Assembly (NCBI GenBank): GCA_903819895.1
Contig: CAIJFH010000015.1
Location: 1 to 50,372, forward strand
Reading direction: 5' to 3'
Length of the DNA stretch: 50,372 nucleotides
From: Candidatus Adlerbacteria bacterium
GTDB taxonomy: Bacteria; Patescibacteriota; Minisyncoccia; Phycocordibacterales; SBAW01
Position 1 is the stretch's first letter. Each line of letters starts with the position of its first letter. The notes beneath the pieces were generated by a model. That model was given only the letters and a program-made list of their open reading frames with translations, was not told the DNA's origin and searched no databases. Position numbers and translations under genes: made by a program. Positions 1 to 9,875 of this stretch are shown piece after piece.

Positions 1-1782
1 GATTGTGGTGAGTGTTGAACCAATTGATGACGACGCGATATCAGTATGTGTGTTAACCGCCGACGCAATGCCACCTGTTGCTGAGTCGGTATGTCCGTTC
101 ACTACAGCGGCAATCGAGCTTGATGCGCTCGTGAGTGTGCTCGAAAGTGTGCTGATTTGTGAATCAGTGTGGCTATTAACACCCGATGCAATCCCGCCGG
201 TTGCACTGTCGGTACGTGCATTAACCAGAGCAACGACCGAGGATGATGCGGTCGCGACGGTTGAGTCGGTGTGACTATTTATACTTGAGGTGATGCCGCT
301 CGTGAGACCAGAGAAGACACTGTCTACATTTGTGGCGAGTTGTTGGCCAATCGATCCGGCGCTGGTGAGCGTGCTTGCGGTGATGTTCCACACGGCGAGC
401 GGTAGTGCTGCGATTGAGGTTGCAATCGACGTCAGCGATGACCCAAGTGACGACGATGCAGCGGTCACAACCGTATTCGTATTTGTATTAACTGCCGACG
501 CAATGCCACCTGTTGCCGAGTCGGTATGTCCGTTCACCACTGCGGCAATCGAGCTCGATGCCGTCGTGAGTGTGCCAGAGAGCGTGCTGATTTGCGAATC
601 GGTGTGGCCATTGACTGTTGATGCGATACTGCCCGTTGCACTATCCGTATGACCATTGACCACCGCTGCAACCGACGAGGTTGCTACGCCGAGTTGTGTG
701 TCGGTATGCCCGTTGATGAGGGTTGCAATTGACCCGGACATGCTCGAAAGGACGGTGTCAATATTAGTTGCAAGCAGTTTGCCAATCGATCCAGCGCTAG
801 TGAGTGCGCTGACGCTTACGTTCCATACTGCCAGCGGGACCGCCGTGATCATCGAGCCGATAGAGGTCGAAGCAAGGTCGGTGTGTCCGTTAACTACTGA
901 TGCAATAGACGACGATGCAGTGGTAAGCGTCCCAGAGAGTGTACTTACTTGTGAGTTAGTATTTCCATTGACGACTGCAGCAATTGAGCTTGATGCGGTG
1001 GAGAGTGTGCCAGAGAGAGTCGAGACCTGTGAGTTTGTGTTGCCATTGACCACTGCGGCAATCGAGCTCGATGCCGTTGTGAGTGTGCTCGAAAGTGTTG
1101 TCACTTGTGAATTGGTATTCCCATTGACCACCGCTGCAACCGACGAGGTTGCTACTGCCAACTGCGAGTTGGTATTGCCATTGATGTTGGTCACTGCGGT
1201 GGTGATCGCGCTGGTGACGCCAGAGATAGCTCCGTCGACATTGGTAGCAAGTCGTGCGCCAATCGACCCTGCTGTGGTAAGCGAGCTAGTGAGCGCGCCC
1301 CACACCGAGGTTGCTGCGGCAGTAGCAATGGTCGAGGGTGAGTAGTCCGTGAGTGTACGCGCATTGCTATTCCATACCGCGGTGGCGATGGTCGATGTGG
1401 CTGCGATTGTGGGGCCGACCACAAACGAGCGATCCTCTTTGACCAAGTCGCTGGTGCCCGCGCTCCCGCAGGTCATGGTAGCGGGCCACAAGCCCTCTGT
1501 TTCGTTGCTGGGTATGGCGTATTGGTAGTAGTGCCAACCGGTCGTGGCGTTGCTGGTCATGCTGCCTGCGGTCACCACCTGTGTCCCGCTCGGGTCAAAG
1601 ATGTTGACGGTGCATGCGCCGTTGCTCGCGTTGTAGGAGTCGTCGTAGACAAAGTCGCCAATGGTGATGGTGTCGCCCAGCGCGACGCGTTGGTAGTCCG
1701 CGTGCGCAGTCGCCGCATGCGCGCCCCACACGGCAATGCAGACAAACAAAAAAAGGGACAGCGTACGTCTGCTGCTAATCAT
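1..1782 (-). CDS. Secreted repetitive fibre/adhesin-like protein (3' end outside window, >594 aa)
   Basis: ATG at 1782 with no stop down to position 1 (checked by hand). N-terminus MISSRRTLSLFLFVCIAVWGAHAATAHA|DYQ is signal-peptide-like. A ~110-aa beta-rich domain follows, then S/T/A-rich repeats (SSSIAAVVNGHTDS, AVW..LTSAGSIGxxLATNVD). TGGTATGAT -10 lies 9 nt upstream. Confidence 0.85.
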   Translation of the reverse strand, partial: MISSRRTLSLFLFVCIAVWGAHAATAHADYQRVALGDTITIGDFVYDDSYNASNGACTVNIFDPSGTQVVTAGSMTSNATTGWHYYQYAIPSNETEGLWPATMTCGSAGTSDLVKEDRSFVVGPTIAATSTIATAVWNSNARTLTDYSPSTIATAAATSVWGALTSSLTTAGSIGARLATNVDGAISGVTSAITTAVTNINGNTNSQLAVATSSVAAVVNGNTNSQVTTLSSTLTTASSSIAAVVNGNTNSQVSTLSGTLSTASSSIAAVVNGNTNSQVSTLSGTLTTASSSIASVVNGHTDLASTSIGSMITAVPLAVWNVSVSALTSAGSIGKLLATNIDTVLSSMSGSIATLINGHTDTQLGVATSSVAAVVNGHTDSATGSIASTVNGHTDSQISTLSGTLTTASSSIAAVVNGHTDSATGGIASAVNTNTNTVVTAASSSLGSSLTSIATSIAALPLAVWNITASTLTSAGSIGQQLATNVDSVFSGLTSGITSSINSHTDSTVATASSSVVALVNARTDSATGGIASGVNSHTDSQISTLSSTLTSASSSIAAVVNGHTDSATGGIASAVNTHTDIASSSIGSTLTTI

Positions 1783-1896
1783 TATCCATCTATCATACCA
1801 AGCAAGTGCAATCTATACAGCACGGCTTATCCACTTTTTGGTGGTCGAGCGCGATATAGTGGGGTGCCCGAGCGTGCTACACTTTTTTATAAGCGC

Positions 1897-2586
1897 ATGA
1901 TGATACGATGGCTTGATAATCGACACTCTTTTCGGTATGTACCGCAGGCCGCTTTGCACAAAGGTGTCAGCGTCGTTTCGAGTGCGCGAAAAAAGAAATC
2001 TTCATCTCGAGTTGTGCGAGCAGCGTCGACATCGACAAAAAAACCAGAAGAGAAAAAAGGACACGTCCCGGTGCGTGACAAAAACAAACGCCTCTTTCTC
2101 AAAGTAATCGGCGGAGTAGGGGCAGCACTGCTGGCATCGTCGGTGTTCCCCAAGCGGGCCGAGGCCTTGGTGTTGGGGAGCACCCCTGGCACCAGTGTGG
2201 TCGGGCTCAAGAGTAGCTCCAATGCGCGCATCGACCCAGCAACCGATGGGAGCGTCCAGGCGCTGTTGCCGGGTCTTGGGGTCACCAAGGCAACCGTGTC
2301 TCTCTCGAGCCCGGGTGGCATTGTGCACACCACCACCTCGCTCAAGAGTATGCGTGTCTACAGCATCCGCTTTTCGGTTGCGACCAACACCACATCGGTC
2401 ACATTCCGTTTCGGTGACGCAGGAAGTGGGACCGACATCGAGACCTACCTCCTGCCCATGGCGGGTGGGTTGTATGGGTCGCGAAATCATCCAAACTTTG
2501 TGCAGGGGAGCGCGAGCACCAACCTGTACTGTATTGTGTCAGGAGGGTCGACCGTACAGGTCAATGTCGACTACACCGAAGTGTAA
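1897..2586 (+). CDS. Tat-signal-like (NKRLFLK...RAEA) protein with small C-terminal beta-sandwich domain
   Basis: Part of ORF 1522..2586. ATG 1897 follows TGCTACACT -10; alternative GTG start at 2071. The motif N-K-R-L-F-L-K is followed by a hydrophobic segment and an AEA cleavage site. Confidence 0.7.
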   Translation: MMIRWLDNRHSFRYVPQAALHKGVSVVSSARKKKSSSRVVRAASTSTKKPEEKKGHVPVRDKNKRLFLKVIGGVGAALLASSVFPKRAEALVLGSTPGTSVVGLKSSSNARIDPATDGSVQALLPGLGVTKATVSLSSPGGIVHTTTSLKSMRVYSIRFSVATNTTSVTFRFGDAGSGTDIETYLLPMAGGLYGSRNHPNFVQGSASTNLYCIVSGGSTVQVNVDYTEV

Positions 2587-2598
2587 CTATAATTACGT

Positions 2599-4773
2599 AT
2601 GGCAACCAGAGCATTAGTACAACGATTAGGAGCATTGACCAGCTACCGCTACGGCGTCGATAGCTACGACTCTACCAAACTGGGGTTGGGGCCGTTGATG
2701 ACACAAAACAATGGCGGTGCCGAAGCGTCCTACGCGGGGCCAGTGCCGATTGGTGTGGCGCACCCGGCTGAGCAGGCCGTGGCGATACCAGCCACGTATC
2801 CTTGGAGTATGCGCTGGCAGGCAAACGCAGCGGGCGATATCGACTGGGTGTTTCTTGCTGATAACGCTGCTGCTGCGGCAACGCGCCGAATTATGATGTA
2901 TACGTTTGATCGACGACTCGGCCTCTGGTCGTGGGTTGGGTTTGTGACGGTAACCTTTCCTACGGGTACCAACTACACTATCCGTGGTTTTGAGATGACC
3001 TACGATCTCTACACAACAGGCACGGTTACAGGTAGTTCGGGTTCTACTGCAATCACTGGCTCGGGCACGGCGTGGTCGACCTCGCGCATTCCAACTGGCT
3101 GCCGCATTGGGTTTGGCTCGACCGACCCCACACAAATTACGGTCTGGTATGGTATCGCGACTGTTGGATCCGATTCATCGATTACGCTTGCGACAAACCT
3201 TGCTAGTAATGTAAGTGGCGCGTATGTAATCGAGGATCTGCGTGCGGTCATGGCCACTACAAATGCAACCACTACCAACGGCGGGTTGTGTGTTGTGAAA
3301 GGACTCCGCAAAGAGTTGTTTACCAGTTTGGGTGGCGCGGTGCCGGCAGCAACGACTGTCGACAGTGCGCTTGGATGTTACTGGATTGCTGACGCATCGA
3401 CTGTCTTAAATATTGCAGCACTGGGGCTCGCGCTTGCTGCTAAGACCGGTTGGACAAATCAGACCGCCTATGTAATCGACGCAACATCGACCCCAACTAT
3501 TTTCGCATACAACATCCGTGGTGCACTAACCTTGTCAGGAGGTAAAGATACCACATCGTTGCTGTTTAGAACGGGCGCGACCACAGCTATTGCCGGTGGT
3601 ACGCCGTCACAGCTCAACAATTTTGAACTGGCAACCGCCAACCATGGCCCTGGTGCGGGCAAGTCCTGTCTCTATTTTACCACTCCAGCCCGTGTGTATC
3701 GGACAATAGAGGTAGGAGCGATCACCACGGGCTCAACCTTGTGGGTTGCTGATGCAATGGTCGAGACCCCTCCGGGCGGCCTCAACACCTATCCGGCTGG
3801 TGGCAACTTCCAGACCCTTGCGTACATAGCCAGTATCGATAAGTTTGTCATTACCCAAGCAACGGGTACCACTGCGTATCGCAACTACGTCACACAGTAT
3901 CGTACCGATTCTGCCCCCCTAGATCGCGCGTGGGGTACTGATATTCGCCAGACCGATATCACCACTACCGACTCAAGTGTTACGCCGGTTCCATCGCATT
4001 CGACACAGGTGCATACCGTATATTGTGACACGGGTATGTGCTACTTGGCGGGGACTGGTGGGACCGCAGCGACCAACCGTGTGTATGCAGTGCCGTTTGG
4101 TGCCGACTGGGAATACACTGGCGCGCCCAACAACACTAAGTCCTATTTGGTATTGCCCGCATGGACTATGAACGATGCAGTGCAGTTTACCAACGTGTTC
4201 GTAAACGATGTGCAGGTCTTGGGCGGCAAGACCGGCAACAACCTGGGGCTGGGCACCGAGCCCCTGCGCGTGAGCTACCGCACCAGCGGCATCTCGGACG
4301 ACTCTGGTGTGTGGACTCCGGTCGACTCAACCGGAGTGATCACCGACGTGGGGTCAACACAAATCCAGTTGCGTATCGAGTTTCGCACCATTGGGGTCAC
4401 GTGTATCCCCGCGCGCGTGTGTGCGGTCGGGGTCGTGTACAACGACATTACTACCGACACACACTATCAACCATCGGTTGCAAACTCCAACACCTTTAAC
4501 AAGCAATTTGCATGGCGATTTGCCACCGCGTTTGGTGGCACCGTGCCGACACTGCGTGTGCGATTGTACGACGCTGTCAGTGGCGGGTTGTTGGTTGATG
4601 ACAACACAGCGTCGCCCACGGGCACTTGGGATAAGTCGACCAATGGTGGCACAACCTGGGCGGGCGTATACGACACGAACGACAAAACAAACGAGACGAC
4701 CTACATCCGCTACACGCCCGCGGCGTTGGGGAACAACACCAAGGTGCGCGCATTGTTGACGCTTAACGTATAA
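2599..4773 (+). CDS. Large T/G/A-rich beta protein, paralogue 1 (tail-fibre-like module, Asp-box-like motif)
   Basis: 724-aa ORF, colinear with 5276..7459 and 7634..9853; no signal peptide. Confidence 0.85.
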   Translation: MATRALVQRLGALTSYRYGVDSYDSTKLGLGPLMTQNNGGAEASYAGPVPIGVAHPAEQAVAIPATYPWSMRWQANAAGDIDWVFLADNAAAAATRRIMMYTFDRRLGLWSWVGFVTVTFPTGTNYTIRGFEMTYDLYTTGTVTGSSGSTAITGSGTAWSTSRIPTGCRIGFGSTDPTQITVWYGIATVGSDSSITLATNLASNVSGAYVIEDLRAVMATTNATTTNGGLCVVKGLRKELFTSLGGAVPAATTVDSALGCYWIADASTVLNIAALGLALAAKTGWTNQTAYVIDATSTPTIFAYNIRGALTLSGGKDTTSLLFRTGATTAIAGGTPSQLNNFELATANHGPGAGKSCLYFTTPARVYRTIEVGAITTGSTLWVADAMVETPPGGLNTYPAGGNFQTLAYIASIDKFVITQATGTTAYRNYVTQYRTDSAPLDRAWGTDIRQTDITTTDSSVTPVPSHSTQVHTVYCDTGMCYLAGTGGTAATNRVYAVPFGADWEYTGAPNNTKSYLVLPAWTMNDAVQFTNVFVNDVQVLGGKTGNNLGLGTEPLRVSYRTSGISDDSGVWTPVDSTGVITDVGSTQIQLRIEFRTIGVTCIPARVCAVGVVYNDITTDTHYQPSVANSNTFNKQFAWRFATAFGGTVPTLRVRLYDAVSGGLLVDDNTASPTGTWDKSTNGGTTWAGVYDTNDKTNETTYIRYTPAALGNNTKVRALLTLNV

Positions 4774-4777
4774 ACCT

Positions 4778-5269
4778 ATGATTGACCTCACCCAAGGAGA
4801 TACATTGTACGACCGCTCTGATTTAGTGATCGCGTCACCCACGGGCTCGTATGAGGATATTGATCTAATCTTGTGCGCAACCGTAGACAATCCAACGTTT
4901 CCCATCTGCATGTTCCAAGCGCAGTATGTGCGCTATGGCGGGCAGGTGTACGCGGTCAACACGCCACAAGAAAAAGCCGAAGTAATCGCTGCGATAGATG
5001 CTGACATCGCTGATGATGCGACAACGCCGGACACAACACCCGATGCGGTCGACTCAACTCCTGCACCGGTTGTCGACACTCCACCCGCAACAACAACGCC
5101 AGATACGAGTACCGCCTCGACAACGCCGCCGATACAACCCGACACTGGGTCGGCAACCTCTACCGACCCGTTGCCGGACATACTCAACACGGGTGTTTCC
5201 TCGACAACGCCACCAGTAGTCGTGCCGCCCGCCGCATCCTCGACCGATGCAACATCCACGCAGCAATAA
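4778..5269 (+). CDS. Acidic hypothetical protein with P/T/D-rich low-complexity C-terminus
   Basis: 163-aa ORF filling the gap between paralogues 1 and 2 (4- and 6-nt spacers). Confidence 0.75.
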   Translation: MIDLTQGDTLYDRSDLVIASPTGSYEDIDLILCATVDNPTFPICMFQAQYVRYGGQVYAVNTPQEKAEVIAAIDADIADDATTPDTTPDAVDSTPAPVVDTPPATTTPDTSTASTTPPIQPDTGSATSTDPLPDILNTGVSSTTPPVVVPPAASSTDATSTQQ

Positions 5270-5275
5270 TTTTGT

Positions 5276-7459
5276 ATGGCAACCACTCGTGCAGTTATCC
5301 AACGTCTCGGCGCTCTCGCGACCTATCGCTATGGCGTCGACAGCTACGACTCCACCAAACTTGGGTTGGGGCCCTTGATGGTACAAAACAACGGCGGTGC
5401 CGAGGCGTCCTACGCGGGGCCGATGCCGATTGCGATCGTGCGCCCATCGGAGTCGCCCATTAGTACCTCAACCAGCTTTCCGTGGAGTATGCGCTGGCAG
5501 GCAACCGCAGCGGGCGATATCGACTGGGTGTGTATGATTGACAGTTCCGCTGCCGCCGCGACGCGCAAGTTGAGCATGTATACGTTTGATCGTCGCGCGT
5601 CGGCTTGGACGTGGGTTGGATACACAACCATTACCAACCCCTCCTCGGGTAACATGACCGTGCGCGGGTTCTCCATGACCTACGATCTCTACACGACAGG
5701 TACGGTCACGGGCAGTAGTGGTAATGCAGGTATCACGGGCTCGGGCACGGCGTGGTCGGCTTCGCGTATCCCAGCGGGTTGCCGCATTGGGTTTGGCTCG
5801 ACCGACCCGACGCAGATCACCACGTGGTACGTGATCTCATCCATCGGCTCTGATACGGCGATTACACTCACAGCGACCTTGAGCGGCAATGTAAGCGGCG
5901 CGTATGTGATCGAGGATCTGCGCGCAGTGTTGGCGATGACCTCGGGTGCGGGTACCAGTGGTTTATTTGTCGTCAAAGGTCTATACAAAGATTTTTTTAC
6001 CACCAATGGCGCCAACTCAATAGCGGCAGCAACGAATGCCGACAACATCCGCGCCTGTTACTGGCTTGCTGATGCCGCTACCGACACCAACAACACGCCA
6101 ATTGGGCTTGCGGTTGCAGCCAAGACCAGTTGGACAAATCAGCTGGTATATATCGTTGACGGTACCTCGACACCATCACTCTATGTGTACAATCTGCGTG
6201 CGGCACTTACGCTCGCAAGCGGTAAGGACACCACTTCCTTGGTAGTAAAGACAGGTACTATCCCAACTGCGCTTGCGGGTACGCCGTCCCAGCTGAACAA
6301 CCTTGAGCTCGCCACTACCAACCATGGTCCTGGTATCGGCAAGCCGTGTCTCTACTTCACCACCACGACTCGCATGTATCGCTCCTACGACGTGAGCACG
6401 ATTACAACCGGCTCTACCACCTGGCTTGCGGATGCTATGATCGAAACCCCGCCAGGAGGTATCAACACCTACCCCACGGCCGGCAACTTTCAAACCCTTG
6501 CGTATGCAGCCAGTATCGATAAATTTGTTATCACTCAGACGACCAGCAGTACTGGGTATCGCAACTATGTCACGCAGTATCGCACCGACTCTGGGCCGAT
6601 GGACCGCGTGTGGGGTGTTGACGCACGACAAACGGATGTGGCTGCGGCAGATGGGACCACCACTCCCATCCCAACCGACTCCGGTCAGACGATGAGTGTC
6701 TATTGTGATACGGGTATGTGCTATCTCGCGGGTGTTGCCGCCACTGCGGCGACCAACCGTGTGTACGCAGCGCCGTTTGGTGCCGACTGGGAGTATACGG
6801 GTGTGCCAAACAATACCAAAAGTTGTTTGGTGCTCCCCGCGATTAGTACTGCCGACGCGGTGCAGTATACCAATATCATCCTCAATGATGTGCAGGTGGT
6901 TGGGGGGAACACGGGCTACAATTTGGGGCTCAGCACCGAGCCCTTGCGTGTGTGGTATCGCACCGCGGGCATCCTCGACGACTCCGGTGCGTGGACCCTT
7001 GCCGACTCTACCGGCGTGCTCACCAAAGCGGCGGGGACAAAGATCCAATTGCGCATCGAGTTTCGCACTATTGGGGTCGCCTGTTTGCCCGCGCGTGTCT
7101 GCGCGGCGGGTGTTGCATATACCGACATCGGGGTTGATGTGCACTTTCAGCCATCGGTGGGGAAGTCGAGTGCTGCTAGTACACAGTTTGCCTGGCGGTT
7201 TGCGACCGCGTTTGGGGGCGCGGTGCCCGCACTGCGCCTGCGCTTGTATGATAGTGTAACTAATACGTTGTTGGTCGATGACAACACCACCGCGCCCGTT
7301 GGATTATTTGAAAGCACGACAAATGGTGGCACGTCCTGGAGCACCTACAACCAAGCAAACAATATCAGTGACAAAGGCAACGAGACGACCTACATCCGCT
7401 ACACGCCCGCGTCGCTTGGGAGTGGTATCAAAGTCCGCGCATTACTCACGCTGCAATAA
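5276..7459 (+). CDS. Large beta protein, paralogue 2
   Basis: 727-aa ORF, similar over its full length to paralogues 1 and 3. Confidence 0.85.
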   Translation: MATTRAVIQRLGALATYRYGVDSYDSTKLGLGPLMVQNNGGAEASYAGPMPIAIVRPSESPISTSTSFPWSMRWQATAAGDIDWVCMIDSSAAAATRKLSMYTFDRRASAWTWVGYTTITNPSSGNMTVRGFSMTYDLYTTGTVTGSSGNAGITGSGTAWSASRIPAGCRIGFGSTDPTQITTWYVISSIGSDTAITLTATLSGNVSGAYVIEDLRAVLAMTSGAGTSGLFVVKGLYKDFFTTNGANSIAAATNADNIRACYWLADAATDTNNTPIGLAVAAKTSWTNQLVYIVDGTSTPSLYVYNLRAALTLASGKDTTSLVVKTGTIPTALAGTPSQLNNLELATTNHGPGIGKPCLYFTTTTRMYRSYDVSTITTGSTTWLADAMIETPPGGINTYPTAGNFQTLAYAASIDKFVITQTTSSTGYRNYVTQYRTDSGPMDRVWGVDARQTDVAAADGTTTPIPTDSGQTMSVYCDTGMCYLAGVAATAATNRVYAAPFGADWEYTGVPNNTKSCLVLPAISTADAVQYTNIILNDVQVVGGNTGYNLGLSTEPLRVWYRTAGILDDSGAWTLADSTGVLTKAAGTKIQLRIEFRTIGVACLPARVCAAGVAYTDIGVDVHFQPSVGKSSAASTQFAWRFATAFGGAVPALRLRLYDSVTNTLLVDDNTTAPVGLFESTTNGGTSWSTYNQANNISDKGNETTYIRYTPASLGSGIKVRALLTLQ

Positions 7460-7471
7460 TCTATCTCGCAT

Positions 7472-7630
7472 ATGCCCACCGACATTTGTTTTTGCCTAGG
7501 AGATAAACAGGGGTTCATCATCGAACTGGCAGCGGGCTCGCTTAACGCGCCGGTTGATATTCTTGCCGAGGCCAGTGGACGTGCCTTGGTCGAAGAGACG
7601 AGCGGCGGTATTATTTTTATTACCGATTAA
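7472..7630 (+). CDS. Small 52-aa hypothetical protein (MPTDICFCLGDKQGFIIELAAGSLNAPVDILAEASGRALVEETSGGIIFITD)
   Basis: Hand-translated. Fills the gap between paralogues 2 and 3 (12 nt after the stop, 3 nt before the next ATG); below the ORF-track cutoff. Confidence 0.6.
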   Translation: MPTDICFCLGDKQGFIIELAAGSLNAPVDILAEASGRALVEETSGGIIFITD

Positions 7631-7633
7631 TAT

Positions 7634-9853
7634 ATGGCAGTCACCGCACTCATCCAACGTCTCGGCGCTCTCGCGACCTACCGCTATGGCGTCGACAGCT
7701 ACGACTCCACCAAACTGGGGTTGGGTCCCTTGATGGTACAAAACAACGGCGGTGCCGAGGCGTCCTACGCGGGGCCGATGCCGATTGGTGTGGCGCACCC
7801 GTTTGAGCAAGCGGTAGCAAATGCCACGTCGCTTCCTTGGAGTATGCGTTGGCAAGCAAATGCGGCGGGGGATATTGACTGGGTATTTTTTATTGACAAC
7901 TCGGCAGCATCCACGACAAGAAAACTCACCATGTACACGTTTGATCGTCGCGCGTCGGCCTGGACGTGGGTTGGATATACAACCGTAACAACTCCATCGG
8001 GAGGTAACTTGACCGTGCGCGGGTTTTCGATGACCTACGATTTGTATACCGCAGGCACTGTCACAGGCACTGCAGGAACGACATCGATTACCGGTACGAG
8101 CACAGCTTGGTCGACATCACGCATCCCAATTGGTTGCCGTATTGGGTTTGGTTCAACCGACCCGACACAAATTACGGCGTGGTATGAAATATCGGCGATT
8201 GGGTCGGACACAACGATTACGCTCACGACGAACCTTGCGGGTAACGTGAGCGGCAACTATGTTATTGAGGATTTGCGGGCTGTTTTTGCGATTACGAGTT
8301 CGACGGCAAACAGCGGCGGGTTAATTGTGGTAAAAGGTTTGCGAAAAGAACTATTTACAACCACTGGTATCACGGCAGTTGGTGCTTCCTCTGGTACCGA
8401 CGGTGTCCGTGGTTCGTACTGGCTCGCTGACGCAGCGACCGCGACCAACAACACCGCATTTGGTCTGGCGGTGGCAGCCAAGACCAGTTGGACAAGCCAA
8501 TACTGTTACATCATTGATACTACAACGACACCGATTATCTATAAATATGATGTGCGTGCAGCGCTTACGTTGGCGAGCGGTAAGTCGACCAGTGCGTTTT
8601 TGTTTAAGACCAACACCAATGGTACGCTCTCGGGTACGCCATCGCAGTATAATAATTTGATTTTAGCGACCACCAACCATGGCGCAGGGTCAGGGAAGCC
8701 ATGTTTGTATTTTACAACGACGACCTATGTGTACCGCACCGCAGATGTAACCACCATTGCCAATAACTCAAGCAACTGGCTCACCACGAATGGCGACAAA
8801 ATGACCGAGATCCCGCCGGGTGCCACGGGAACTTTTGTTGCGTCCAGCAACATGCAAACGCTTTCTTACTTGGCGAACATCGACAGTTTTGTGATCACTA
8901 CAGCGAGTAGCACCACAGGGTATCGAAACTATGTAACCAAATACTACAACGATGGCGCAACGCAAATGGATCGAGTGTGGGGAGTTGATATACGTCAGAC
9001 CGACATCACAACAACCGACTCAACGGTGACACCGGTGCCGTCCTACTCGACGACGGCATATACCGTCTATTGTGACAACGGGTTGTGTTACTTGGCGGGT
9101 GTGGGTACCGCAGCGATTACTGATCGTGTCTACGCGGTGCCCTTGGGTGCCGACTGGGAGTACACGGGTGGCACTACGGTGTCCAAATGTTACCTCGTGC
9201 TTCCTGCACAGAGCGTGAGTGATGCGACCGTCTTTACCAATGTGTTTGCCAATGATGTGCAGGTGTTGGGCGGCAAGACCGGCAACAACTTGGGGCTGGG
9301 CACCGAGCCCTTGCGCCTCAGCTATCGCACCAGCGGCATCTCGGACGACTCGGGCTCGTGGGCCGCGGTCGACTCAACGGGGGTGATCGCGGCAGCGACT
9401 GCAACTCAGATCCAGCTGCGGGTCGAGTTTCGCACCATTGGCCTTATGTGTATCCCCGCACGTGTGTGCAGTGTTGGTGTGGCGTACGAGGACGCGACCA
9501 CCGACTCGCACTTCCAACCATCGGTCACCCTGTCGGATATCACCAACAGCCGATTTGCGTGGCGCTTTGTCACTGCGTTCAACGGCACGGTGCCCGCCAT
9601 GCGCGTTCGCCTCTATGACGCAACGTCACCGGGCTCGGCGGCGATTATCGACGACAGTATCTCTGTCCCCGCATCCCCAGCCGGCACGTTTGAAAGTAGT
9701 ACAAACGCAGGCACCTCCTGGAGTACCTACGACAGTACGCATGCGCTTGCCGATAAAAGCAATGAGACAACCTATGTGCGGTACACCGTGGCCTCCGCAT
9801 CGCTTTCAAGTATCAATGGAAAGACAATCCAAGCGGTGCTCACGCTTAAGTAA
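7634..9853 (+). CDS. Large beta protein, paralogue 3
   Basis: 739-aa ORF, colinear with paralogues 1 and 2. Confidence 0.85.
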   Translation: MAVTALIQRLGALATYRYGVDSYDSTKLGLGPLMVQNNGGAEASYAGPMPIGVAHPFEQAVANATSLPWSMRWQANAAGDIDWVFFIDNSAASTTRKLTMYTFDRRASAWTWVGYTTVTTPSGGNLTVRGFSMTYDLYTAGTVTGTAGTTSITGTSTAWSTSRIPIGCRIGFGSTDPTQITAWYEISAIGSDTTITLTTNLAGNVSGNYVIEDLRAVFAITSSTANSGGLIVVKGLRKELFTTTGITAVGASSGTDGVRGSYWLADAATATNNTAFGLAVAAKTSWTSQYCYIIDTTTTPIIYKYDVRAALTLASGKSTSAFLFKTNTNGTLSGTPSQYNNLILATTNHGAGSGKPCLYFTTTTYVYRTADVTTIANNSSNWLTTNGDKMTEIPPGATGTFVASSNMQTLSYLANIDSFVITTASSTTGYRNYVTKYYNDGATQMDRVWGVDIRQTDITTTDSTVTPVPSYSTTAYTVYCDNGLCYLAGVGTAAITDRVYAVPLGADWEYTGGTTVSKCYLVLPAQSVSDATVFTNVFANDVQVLGGKTGNNLGLGTEPLRLSYRTSGISDDSGSWAAVDSTGVIAAATATQIQLRVEFRTIGLMCIPARVCSVGVAYEDATTDSHFQPSVTLSDITNSRFAWRFVTAFNGTVPAMRVRLYDATSPGSAAIIDDSISVPASPAGTFESSTNAGTSWSTYDSTHALADKSNETTYVRYTVASASLSSINGKTIQAVLTLK

Positions 9854-9875
9854 GTAAGACGGTATACTGTGTGGT

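Noticed and set aside
5-1345. Three repetitive plus-strand ORFs (5-274, 290-652, 656-1345)
   Set aside because: They are antisense shadows of the uninterrupted minus-strand fibre gene, which has a signal peptide and promoter.
1522-1896. 5' extension of ORF 1522..2586
   Set aside because: It overlaps the minus-strand gene and the divergent promoter; the real start is probably 1897 or 2071.
2599-9853. Diversity-generating retroelement or CRISPR explanation for the repeats
   Set aside because: No reverse transcriptase, no adenine-specific mismatch pattern and no repeat-spacer periodicity; the repeats are coding paralogy.
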